29,558 bases of DNA from an uncultured bacterium (GTDB lineage Bacteria > Hydrothermota > 32-111 > QNBC01). This document shows, one piece after another, positions 16,439-24,607 of the stretch (position 1 is the first letter of the stretch; every line of letters starts with the position of its first letter). A model generated the notes under the pieces. That model was not told where the DNA came from. It made no database searches and was given only the letters and a program-made list of their open reading frames with translations. The stretch is taken from the NCBI GenBank assembly GCA_965372935.1, contig CBDVEF010000001.1, positions 1 through 29,558 of the forward strand, written 5' to 3'. A program made the position numbers and the translations under genes.

Positions 16439-17150
16439 TAAAATACTTGAAGAATTCAACAATAACTTTAAGATATTGGCAAATTCCTATAGAGATAGAA
16501 ACCTCACAAGAGAAACAATAGTATCATATATTGATCATACATTGCTAAAACAGGATGCAACAAAGGATAATATCTTGAAATTAACCAATGAAGCAAAAAA
16601 ATACAAATTTTTAGCTGTATGTGTCAACCCATATTATGTTCCCCTTGCTAAAAAGGAATTATCGGGAAGTTCTGTTCTTATTGCTTCCGTAATTGGATTC
16701 CCCTTAGGTGCCACAAGTAATATTGTTAAGATTAAAGAAACTGCAAAAGCCATAGAGGATGGTGCCGATGAAATTGATATGGTAATGAACAATGGTGCTT
16801 TTAAGGATCATAATTATAATTATGTTGAAAAGGAAATTAAAAGTATTGTATTAGAGGGGGCTAAAGTAAAAGTTATTATAGAGACATGTCTATTAACAGA
16901 TGAAGAAAAAATTATTGCAACAAAAATAGTAATAAATAGTGGAGCTGTTTATGTAAAGACATCTACTGGGTTTAATACAGCTGGAGCAACGGTAAGAGAT
17001 GTATCTTTATTGAAATTTATTGCAGGGAAAGACTTAGAAGTTAAAGCATCAGGTGGAATCAGGGATTATGAAACGGCAAAGAGAATGATTTTTGCAGGAG
17101 CAACACGAATAGGCGTCTCTAAAGGAATAAGAATAATAGGAAAAGAATGA
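16431..17150 (+). CDS. deoC: Deoxyribose-phosphate aldolase
   Basis: IDHTLLK, VCVNP, VIGFPLGA, GADEIDMV, KVIIET, VKTSTGF, VKASGGIR, GATRIG. Confidence 0.96.
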   Translation: MNNKILEEFNNNFKILANSYRDRNLTRETIVSYIDHTLLKQDATKDNILKLTNEAKKYKFLAVCVNPYYVPLAKKELSGSSVLIASVIGFPLGATSNIVKIKETAKAIEDGADEIDMVMNNGAFKDHNYNYVEKEIKSIVLEGAKVKVIIETCLLTDEEKIIATKIVINSGAVYVKTSTGFNTAGATVRDVSLLKFIAGKDLEVKASGGIRDYETAKRMIFAGATRIGVSKGIRIIGKE

Positions 17151-18199
17151 AGAAAAAATTGTTAATAACCTGCATTTTAATATTAATTATATTACATATC
17201 GTTTCAGGTGAAAAATTAGATATTCCTTTTAATATTAATTACTATGGGATCTCCCCCGGGGCTGAAGCATTAGGAATGGGATATGCATTTAGTTCGGGTG
17301 TCAGTTCCCCTGCAATGGTTTTCTGGAATCCTGCAAATATATCATTGTTAAAAAAAGCTGCCATTTATATTGATTTTGCAAAATATGACAGCGTAGATAT
17401 TACAGATTTGATAAATTATGAAAATGGTCTCAAAGGCGCTAGCGTTGATTTTTTCTCTATTATTTATAAAGATGGTGGTATATCCTGGCATCCAATTAGT
17501 AAGTCATTGATAGAAGACAGTATTATAATAGGTGGTGATACAACAACTTACCTTAAAGCATCTTCTCATATTGATGAATTCATTTTCACTTTTACTTCGA
17601 TGTTAGGTAATAATAATTATAGCGGACCTATCTTCTATGGTTTTAATCTTAAATATTATAATGGTATATTAGCTTATGGAGAAAGCATTTTCATCAATAG
17701 TATTTTTGCAACAAATAATATAGAGATAGATTATGGTCATGGTTTTGGAACTGATTTTTCAATTCTTTATGATGCTAAAAAGATAAAAACAAGTCTTACT
17801 ATCAACAATGTATTTTCAAGAGTATTATGGGGAAAGCATAAAACAGGTAAAATCCCTACCCGATTTAATCTTTCTCTTGCAATAATACCAATTAGTAATT
17901 TTGACATAGGTGTTGAGGTTACAAAATTCACAATATCTTCCCCTTTCATTTTTGCTGCTGGTATAAGAGGGAATTTTAGTGGTTCCAAATGGTATAATAA
18001 TTTCATATATTCAATGGGTGCTTATGCAGATGCTTTAAATTTCAGTCCTGATAATACAATCTATTCTGCAGGACTTGGATATAATGTAAAGAATTTAAGA
18101 ATCAACACATCTGTTTCGGGTTATATATCACAATTTACTAATTCATTTAATCCGGAATATCGTATATCTATATCTACAATTTATGATAATAAACTTTGA
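17147..18199 (+). CDS. PorV/UPF0164-like outer-membrane beta-barrel protein
   Basis: Signal peptide followed by GAEALGMGYAF...VFWNPANI, the GAR.LGMG...WNPA signature; GFGTDF strand; aromatic-alternating strands. Confidence 0.75.
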   Translation: MKKKLLITCILILIILHIVSGEKLDIPFNINYYGISPGAEALGMGYAFSSGVSSPAMVFWNPANISLLKKAAIYIDFAKYDSVDITDLINYENGLKGASVDFFSIIYKDGGISWHPISKSLIEDSIIIGGDTTTYLKASSHIDEFIFTFTSMLGNNNYSGPIFYGFNLKYYNGILAYGESIFINSIFATNNIEIDYGHGFGTDFSILYDAKKIKTSLTINNVFSRVLWGKHKTGKIPTRFNLSLAIIPISNFDIGVEVTKFTISSPFIFAAGIRGNFSGSKWYNNFIYSMGAYADALNFSPDNTIYSAGLGYNVKNLRINTSVSGYISQFTNSFNPEYRISISTIYDNKL

Positions 18200-18212
18200 A
18201 ATAGGAGAGATA

Positions 18213-18890
18213 ATGAAAAAAATAGTTTTTACATTGATAGCAATTTTTTTAATTGGTTGCTCGTTTAAAAACCCCATATCTATTACAGACAAAGGGATTT
18301 TTACAAAGCAGAGTATTAGTGCTCATTTATTTATACCCGATAGTGCTACTGCTGTTGAATTCACTTCTGTTATTTTAGATTGGAATTTAACTAATCCCCC
18401 CTCTTTTGATTCAATGCGAATAAAACGCAGTTCACAGGATGATTCATCAAACTATATGATAATTAAAACAATAAAAGCAGAACAGGCAGGTATATTTACC
18501 GATACAACAAACAATCTTAATGTAAATAAGGCATACTATTTTAGATTGGAAACATCCGAGGATGAAGAAATTCACACATATACAATTGATTTTCTTCAAT
18601 ATTTGATTATCAGTTCCCCTTCAGACACTATAAATACAAATGACTTTACAATATCGTGGAATAGTATTGATGGAGCGTTAACGGACATATCAGTTAAAAA
18701 GATTTCAACTTCCGATACAATAACAATCTGGAGTAAGTCAATATTAAATACATCTGTTAATTCTGTAAAATTCAATGATGATAGTACGGCAACAGATACA
18801 CTTGTAAATGGTAATTTTTATAATATTAATGTATTAATATCTCGTGGAGATGCGTCTACAATAGGGTCCAAAATTATATATAAATATTAG
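18213..18890 (+). CDS. Predicted lipoprotein with tandem FN3/Ig-like beta-sandwich domains
   Basis: ATG at 18213 after SD AGGAGA; MKKIVFTLIAIFLIGC lipobox; FN3-like LDW...IKRS...FTD...YYFRL; S/T/D/N-rich. Confidence 0.7.
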   Translation: MKKIVFTLIAIFLIGCSFKNPISITDKGIFTKQSISAHLFIPDSATAVEFTSVILDWNLTNPPSFDSMRIKRSSQDDSSNYMIIKTIKAEQAGIFTDTTNNLNVNKAYYFRLETSEDEEIHTYTIDFLQYLIISSPSDTINTNDFTISWNSIDGALTDISVKKISTSDTITIWSKSILNTSVNSVKFNDDSTATDTLVNGNFYNINVLISRGDASTIGSKIIYKY

Positions 18891-18919
18891 TATTTATGAA
18901 AGGAAAAGGGATTATACTC

Positions 18920-21535
18920 TTAAAATAAAATATCTCCGTCTTCAACTTCATCTCCGGGGATATTTTCTTTTTGCTGATTGGCAATTCCTGTATCTAATTT
19001 TATCAGCTCTGATTTTTTATCATCTATATTTTGTATCAAAAGGGATTTAACCTCTTTCAATTTATTAATATTTGCAATGCCTTTCTGTAATATATTCTTA
19101 AGAGATTGTGCTTTATTCTGCAATTCTAAAATATTTGCTTCAAGTTCCTGTTTTTTTAATTCAATTGTACTTTTCTCATTCTTTAAATTTATAATTTCAC
19201 TCTTTTCTTTAAGTATCTCTTGCTCTGCTTTCTCGCTTAATACCTCTTTATATTCTGAAATCTGTTTAGAAAGCCTTTTCTCTTCCTCCTTCCTAGCGGA
19301 GATAATAGATTCTATTTTATCTCTCATTGTCTCAATTTTTGAAATAATCTCCCTATCTGCATTCAGTTTATTCTCAATCTCATAAAGTTCTTTCTTATTT
19401 CTATTGATTTTTTCATCATAACTATCGATAATATCATTTTTGTTAGCTTGAATATCTTTTAATTCAGTTGTTTTTAGAGTATTTATCTTTGTGATTTCTT
19501 TATTTAAATGTTTCAATTTTAGATTTAATTCATCGTACTCTTCAATTTTTGCAGATAATTTACTTTCAAGACCTGCTATTTCATTTGTATAATTACTCAT
19601 ACTCTCCTGCAATTTACTGAGTTCTTCTTTACTATTTTTAATTTCGTTGACAATATTCTTATTATCATTAACCAAACCTTTTAATTTTTTAATCTCATTA
19701 CTGTATTCCAATATTTCAGCTTTTTTCAATTCGACATCTTTTAGATATGAATCATTTTCTCTTTTCATATTTTTGATATTATTTTGTAATACTGCTTCAG
19801 ATTTCTTTAATTCCTCAAGCTTTGCTAATTTTTCTTCAAATATGATTGACTTGGATTTTTTATTTTCTATTTCCTTTGTTAATCTCAAAAATGATGATTC
19901 CATATCTTCGATCTTCTTATCCAGCTCTTTTACTTTCTCTTTTCTGTTATCTGTTTTGATGTTATCTTCTGCAATTTTAGCCTCTAATCCGGACAACTCC
20001 TCAACCCTGCTCTCAATATCACTTTCCAATTTAGACAATACGGTTTTATTGTTATTTAACTTCGATTCAATCGTTTTGTTACTCTCAATATTTTCTTTTA
20101 GTGTATTGCTGACTTTACTATTTCCTATACTTAGGTTTTTTTCTTCCTCTCTTAACCTGGTAATGCTATTTTCTATATCTTCACTCTCTTTATCTGCTTT
20201 AATTTTGATTTGTTCGCTTATTTTAACATTCTCATTCAATGATTTTAAGATATTGCCTCTATCGGTTATATTTTCATTAATATCTTTAAGTTTGACAACA
20301 AGTTCACTGTGTTCCTTTTTATTTTTAGCTATTTCCTTTTTAATCTCCCTATTTTCATTATCTAAATCTATAGTTTCATTTTCTAAAGTTTTTTTATCTT
20401 TATTTAGATTTGTAATATTTTCTTCAATTTGTAATAATGAGTCCTTTTTATCAACAATATCTCTTTTCTTCTCCTCTGTTTCTACGGAAAGTTGATTAAG
20501 TGTATGTTCTTGCTCATTTAATTCAAGTGTTGCTGCCATTTGTTTTGCGATATTGTCCTCTATGTTATCCAATTCATTACTTTTTTTATCTATTTCATTA
20601 GTAAGTTTTGCTAATTTTTCCTCATTATTTTTCTTAAATTGTATATATTCGTCATTCCCTTTTGCAGTATCTCTTTCTAAACTATTTAGCTCTTTATTAT
20701 AACTCTTGATTTGAGATTCATAGTCCTTTACTTTTCTTTTGTAATCATCCAATTTATCGTTTTTATTAATCGATTCTTTGGTAATATTGTCTTGAATAAG
20801 CTTTAGTTCCTCTTCCTTCTTTGATATCCTGTTATTCATTGAAGATAGATTATTTTCAAGCTGTTTAAACTGTTTTTCCTTTTTGTCAAGCTCAGATTGT
20901 ATTTCCCCATTTTTGTTTTTAATAAGGATAATTTCCGATTCCTTTTCCTTGATATCTTTTGTCAATACATCAAGATCTTTTCCAAGATTCTGTCTGTTTC
21001 CCTTATCTTCCTCAATTTGACCTTCAATTTTAGAAAGTATTTTTTTTCTATTATTAATCTGAATATTTAAATCGTTTAATTCTCCTCTTGATTCTTGCAA
21101 GAATGTAGATATTTTTTCCCTACTCTCCTCTTCTGCTATATCTTCCAGTGTACTTTCTAATGATTCGAATGCATCAGCAGTCTCTTTAATTGTAATCTCA
21201 TCTTTGTTATCGGATTCTATTTCATCCAAATTTTTGGTAATTTCACTAAGGTTTTTTGTTAGATCTTCAAATTCGGATTTTAGTTCATTTGAGCCGGAAT
21301 TTTCTTCCGTTTCCTCTTCTGCAATACTTCTCAACTGTTTAAGTACATCTTTTTTGCCATTAGATACATCGCCTTTATCCTCTTTCTCTTGCTCATCCAA
21401 TATATTGCTTCTTAAATTCTGTAAAAGGCTTTTTTTGTCAACATTAGATTGCTTAATATTATTATTGTTAACTTGATCTTTTATATCCTTTTCAGAATCA
21501 CCTTTTTTCTTCTTCTTTTTACTCGGTTTAAACAT
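18920..21535 (-). CDS. 871-aa nearly all-coiled-coil protein of unknown function
   Basis: K/E/N/I/L/S-dominated with heptad character; Pro only at residues 4 and 860; no Cys, Trp, TM segment, signal peptide or Walker motif; SD AGAGGA inside the xerD 3' end. Confidence 0.85.
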   Translation of the reverse strand: MFKPSKKKKKKGDSEKDIKDQVNNNNIKQSNVDKKSLLQNLRSNILDEQEKEDKGDVSNGKKDVLKQLRSIAEEETEENSGSNELKSEFEDLTKNLSEITKNLDEIESDNKDEITIKETADAFESLESTLEDIAEEESREKISTFLQESRGELNDLNIQINNRKKILSKIEGQIEEDKGNRQNLGKDLDVLTKDIKEKESEIILIKNKNGEIQSELDKKEKQFKQLENNLSSMNNRISKKEEELKLIQDNITKESINKNDKLDDYKRKVKDYESQIKSYNKELNSLERDTAKGNDEYIQFKKNNEEKLAKLTNEIDKKSNELDNIEDNIAKQMAATLELNEQEHTLNQLSVETEEKKRDIVDKKDSLLQIEENITNLNKDKKTLENETIDLDNENREIKKEIAKNKKEHSELVVKLKDINENITDRGNILKSLNENVKISEQIKIKADKESEDIENSITRLREEEKNLSIGNSKVSNTLKENIESNKTIESKLNNNKTVLSKLESDIESRVEELSGLEAKIAEDNIKTDNRKEKVKELDKKIEDMESSFLRLTKEIENKKSKSIIFEEKLAKLEELKKSEAVLQNNIKNMKRENDSYLKDVELKKAEILEYSNEIKKLKGLVNDNKNIVNEIKNSKEELSKLQESMSNYTNEIAGLESKLSAKIEEYDELNLKLKHLNKEITKINTLKTTELKDIQANKNDIIDSYDEKINRNKKELYEIENKLNADREIISKIETMRDKIESIISARKEEEKRLSKQISEYKEVLSEKAEQEILKEKSEIINLKNEKSTIELKKQELEANILELQNKAQSLKNILQKGIANINKLKEVKSLLIQNIDDKKSELIKLDTGIANQQKENIPGDEVEDGDILF

Positions 21536-21536
21536 A

Positions 21537-22412
21537 TTATCCTCTTGGTAAATATAGCTTTAGTGTTTCCTTCAAATATTCTCTATCAACATGTGTATAA
21601 ATCTCTGTTGTAGTTATAGACGAATGTCCAAGCATTTCCTGAACAGAACGCAAATTTGCACCTCCTTCAAGAAGATGGGTTGCAAACGAATGCCTCAATG
21701 TATGCGGCGATACATGTCTTTTTACCCCTGACTTTAGGGTATAAGACTTTAATATTTTCCAAAAACCCATTCTTGTTATTGGATTTCCAATCATATTTAA
21801 AAAAAGTATATCAGAATTAAAAAAATATTTCAAGTTATGTCTGACATCATTTATATAAATTTTTGTATAACTAATTGCAAACTGTCCAATTGGGACAATT
21901 CGTTCCTTATTCCCTTTTCCGTATATCTTAATCAAAGATTCGCTAAAATCTATACCAGATAATTTAATATTTATCAATTCACTTACACGTAGACCTGCTC
22001 CATATGCGACTTCTATCATCGCTCTATCTCGTTTTCCTTTCATTGTATTTAAATCACATTTATCAAGAATCTTTAATATCTCATTTTGAGTTAAAACATC
22101 GGGCAATCTTCTCAAAATATGCGGGGCATTGATGTTTTTAGCTGGATTGTCCGAAATATAATTCTCTTCATATAGAAACTGAAAAAAGGCTCTTATCGAA
22201 GACATCTTTCTATTTATTGAAGAATCAAGAAATTGTGATTTGTTTAATTTAGTAAAATAGTTGTCAATTGAAATTTCAGTAATCCTATTGTTACTTGTAA
22301 ATGATAATAATTGATTTATATCAGAAATATAGGCATCTATACTATAAAGAGATAAACTCCTTTCAGTTAAAAGATAATTTTTATAAATTTCTTTCATCTC
22401 ATTATAATTCAA
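21537..22412 (-). CDS. xerD: Site-specific tyrosine recombinase XerD
   Basis: GLRVSEL, GKGNKER, HTLRHSFATHLLEGGA, LGH, IYTHV; XerD-like TRMGFWKILK. Start is TTG 22412 (GGAG 5 nt upstream) or ATG 22397. Confidence 0.88.
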   Translation of the reverse strand: MNYNEMKEIYKNYLLTERSLSLYSIDAYISDINQLLSFTSNNRITEISIDNYFTKLNKSQFLDSSINRKMSSIRAFFQFLYEENYISDNPAKNINAPHILRRLPDVLTQNEILKILDKCDLNTMKGKRDRAMIEVAYGAGLRVSELINIKLSGIDFSESLIKIYGKGNKERIVPIGQFAISYTKIYINDVRHNLKYFFNSDILFLNMIGNPITRMGFWKILKSYTLKSGVKRHVSPHTLRHSFATHLLEGGANLRSVQEMLGHSSITTTEIYTHVDREYLKETLKLYLPRG

Positions 22413-23787
22413 ATGAACTCCCGTAATCCGGTATACTTGTCTTTATATTTGATAATCCAGTAATTTTATTTTTTAATATCTCAATCTGCGTTTCCTCTCC
22501 ATGAACAAGGAATAGATCTTTAGGATCAGCAATTTTAATATGTTCTATTAGATCTTTTTGGTCACCATGAGCACTGAATTCATCAAAAACAATCACCTCA
22601 GCATTTATAGGATATATATCACCAAAAATTTTCACCTCTTTTTCTCCATCTCTAATTCTCCTCCCCAGTGTATTTCTCGCCATGTATCCGACTATCATAA
22701 TTGTATTTTTAGAATCAGATATATTGTGTTTAAGATGGTGGCGTATTCTCCCCGCTTCACACATTCCTGAAGCTGAGATTATAATGCATGGTTTGTTAGA
22801 ATTGTTCAGGTTCTTTGATTCCTCTACATCTTTAATGTATACAAGTTTTTTAAAACCGAAAGGATCGTCATGATTATTAATCATATACCATGTTTCATCA
22901 TCATAACATTCTCTATGTTTTCTGAATATTTCTGTTGCATTCACAGAGAGAGGACTATCAACATAAACAGGAACCGAAGGTACTTGATGCGATTCTGTTA
23001 ATTTATTAAGTGTATAAACAACTTCTTGTGTCCTTCCTACTGAAAATGAAGGAATGACAATTTTTCCTCCACGAGAATATGTTTTGTTTATAATATCTTT
23101 GAACCTTGTCCCAACATCTGTAATATCACCATGCAACCTCCCTCCATATGTTGACTCGGATATCATAGTATCAACATTTTCAATTAAATCCGGATCCTTA
23201 ATTATTGGCAATTTGTCTCTGCCAATGTCACCGGTAAAAAGCAATTTTTTCATCTGTTTGTCTTCTTTATACTCCAGAACCACCTGTGATGAACCTAAAA
23301 TGTGTCCAGCATCATAAAGCGTAAAATATATGTCCTCAGTCAATTTGATTCTTTCATAGTATGTTATTCCTCTTACAAGGGGAATAACATTTTGAGCATC
23401 TTCAACCGTATAAAGCGCTTTAACAGGTTCCTCTCCTCGCTTAATTTTTCTACTATTAATATATTTAACATCCATTTCCTGGATATGTCCGCTATCTCTC
23501 AACATTATGTCAATTAAATCCTTAGTAGCTTTTGTACAATAAATTGGATTTGAATAACCGTTTTTTACCAAAAGAGGGAGTAGTCCCGAATGATCAATAT
23601 GCGCATGAGAAAGTATTAGAAAATCAATGTCCTTAATTGAAATAGGTAATCGCTTATTCATTTTGGTAGATTCAGATCTTTTCCCCTGATGCATACCATA
23701 ATCAAGTAATATGTTAATATTATTTATTGTAATAAGATGCTTTGACCCGGTAACTTCTTTTGTAGCGCCATAAAATGTAATTTTCAT
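22402..23787 (-). CDS. MBL-fold beta-CASP ribonuclease (YSH1/TTHA0252-like)
   Basis: HAHIDH, AGHILGS, ESTYG, FSVGRTQE, SASGMCEAGRIRHHL, FSAHGD, LVHGE. Confidence 0.92.
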   Translation of the reverse strand: MKITFYGATKEVTGSKHLITINNINILLDYGMHQGKRSESTKMNKRLPISIKDIDFLILSHAHIDHSGLLPLLVKNGYSNPIYCTKATKDLIDIMLRDSGHIQEMDVKYINSRKIKRGEEPVKALYTVEDAQNVIPLVRGITYYERIKLTEDIYFTLYDAGHILGSSQVVLEYKEDKQMKKLLFTGDIGRDKLPIIKDPDLIENVDTMISESTYGGRLHGDITDVGTRFKDIINKTYSRGGKIVIPSFSVGRTQEVVYTLNKLTESHQVPSVPVYVDSPLSVNATEIFRKHRECYDDETWYMINNHDDPFGFKKLVYIKDVEESKNLNNSNKPCIIISASGMCEAGRIRHHLKHNISDSKNTIMIVGYMARNTLGRRIRDGEKEVKIFGDIYPINAEVIVFDEFSAHGDQKDLIEHIKIADPKDLFLVHGEETQIEILKNKITGLSNIKTSIPDYGSSFEL

Positions 23788-23820
23788 ATACTACCCCTTT
23801 ATGATGATATAGTTTATATT

Positions 23821-23849
23821 AATATAGAATAAAAATGCCTTATTGTCAA
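23821..23849 (-). promoter_or_regulatory. sigma70 promoter TTGACA-N17-TATATT for the nuclease-xerD-coiled-coil operon
   Basis: -35 at 23844-23849, -10 at 23821-23826 on the minus strand; SD AAAGGGG before the ATG at 23787. Confidence 0.7.
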
Positions 23850-23915
23850 AGATTATTATATATCTCCTGCATATGGGTGTGTACATATATATTTTTCTAT
23901 ATATTGGGATTCTGT

Positions 23916-23991
23916 GTAGAGACACAAGATTTTGCGTCTTATGCCCCAGAAACGCCAGATATTAAGGAGACGCAAGATATTGCGTCTCTAC
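23916..23991. repeat. Cluster of GTAG-type REP palindromes (consensus GTAGAGACGCAAGATATTGCGTCTCTAC)
   Basis: Degenerate copy at 23916-23942, half copy at 23948-23963 (14/16 match to the consensus) and a perfect 9-bp stem GAGACGCAA-GATA-TTGCGTCTC at 23967-23988 followed by TAC. Confidence 0.8.
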
Positions 23992-24160
23992 GGTTAAATG
24001 CTGCAGGAATACTGAATGGTCTGTGTTTGCATTTTGACAATAAAGTGGTTCAGAATGAAATAATTGGAAGAGCGAAGAAATGTTATTGTATCATATTGAA
24101 TTGTTATGTTGTCATCCTGAAATAAATTAAGGATAACATTTGTTTTTTTTCAATCTCTTA

Positions 24161-24196
24161 TATGTGACATCTTGCTTTGTAATTATTATGTGACAT
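24161..24196. promoter_or_regulatory. Exact direct repeat TATGTGACAT x2 (26-bp period), a candidate operator
   Basis: Copies at 24161-24170 and 24187-24196, upstream of the -35 at 24231. Confidence 0.4.
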
Positions 24197-24230
24197 TTTA
24201 GCATTGTAGCATCACACCACATTTATTATC

Positions 24231-24259
24231 TTGACTTATTGGTATATATTATTTAAAAT
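24231..24259 (+). promoter_or_regulatory. sigma70 promoter TTGACT-N17-TAAAAT for the purD operon
   Basis: -35 at 24231-24236, -10 at 24254-24259. Confidence 0.7.
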
Positions 24260-24283
24260 AACTTTTAGTAATAGGGAAAATTG

Positions 24284-24361
24284 ATGAATGAATATAAAAG
24301 GGTGTACAGAAAGGAAATCGATTTTCAATATTATCTATGGTTAAATTATTTCATTAACTAG
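24284..24361 (+). CDS. Possible 25-aa small ORF MNEYKRVYRKEIDFQYYLWLNYFIN
   Basis: First ATG after the promoter, preceded by AGGG at 7-nt spacing; below the ORF-track cutoff; no recognised homology. Confidence 0.3.
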   Translation: MNEYKRVYRKEIDFQYYLWLNYFIN

Positions 24362-24379
24362 CTTTTAAAAGGAGGAAGT

Positions 24380-24607
24380 ATGAATTCTGAATGGGTAGTT
24401 GTAAAAAAGGTTGTCGGACATTTCGAAGCTGATATAATCAAGGGAAAACTAGAAAGTTTAGATATTCCTGTACAAATACTAGGAGAAGCATATAGTAAAA
24501 TTGCAGCACTTGAACACGGAGAAATGTCAATTATAAAAATATTAGTCCCTCCGGAATTCGAGGAATTAGCAATTAAATATCTAAATGAAAACAAGGAAAC
24601 CATATGA
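24380..24607 (+). CDS. DUF2007-family small protein
   Basis: EADIIKGKLESLDIP...ILVPPE..ELAIKYL pattern; SD AGGAGG; ATGA overlap with purD. Confidence 0.8.
   Translation: MNSEWVVVKKVVGHFEADIIKGKLESLDIPVQILGEAYSKIAALEHGEMSIIKILVPPEFEELAIKYLNENKETI

Noticed and set aside
18896-18928. Tiny ORF MKGKGIILLK after the FN3 lipoprotein
   Set aside because: Only 10 codons, no SD, and it overlaps the convergent stop; most likely chance.
19647-20495. 282-aa plus-strand ORF (and 18978-19385, 21204-21476) opposite the coiled-coil gene
   Set aside because: F/S/L-rich mirror of K/E/N codons on the coding strand; typical shadow ORFs with no SD or protein-like features.
18920-21535. Calling the coiled-coil protein SMC/SbcC
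   Set aside because: No Walker A/B, signature motif or hinge; such an annotation would reflect low-complexity similarity only.
21537-22412. Tyrosine recombinase as a prophage or island integrase
   Set aside because: The sequence is XerD-like, lies among housekeeping genes, and no att repeats, phage genes or compositional shift are visible.
23916-23991. CRISPR array
   Set aside because: Repeats are few, degenerate and nearly abutting, with no spacers of regular length and no cas genes.
23835-24125. 96-aa ORF in the intergenic region
   Set aside because: It overlaps the minus-strand promoter and translates the REP palindromes (VETQDFAS, ETQDIASLR), a common spurious-ORF signature.
24260-24380. 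Purine or ZTP riboswitch ahead of purD; T-box ahead of leuS
   Set aside because: No conserved aptamer motifs in the AT-rich leader, and only 33 nt precede leuS.
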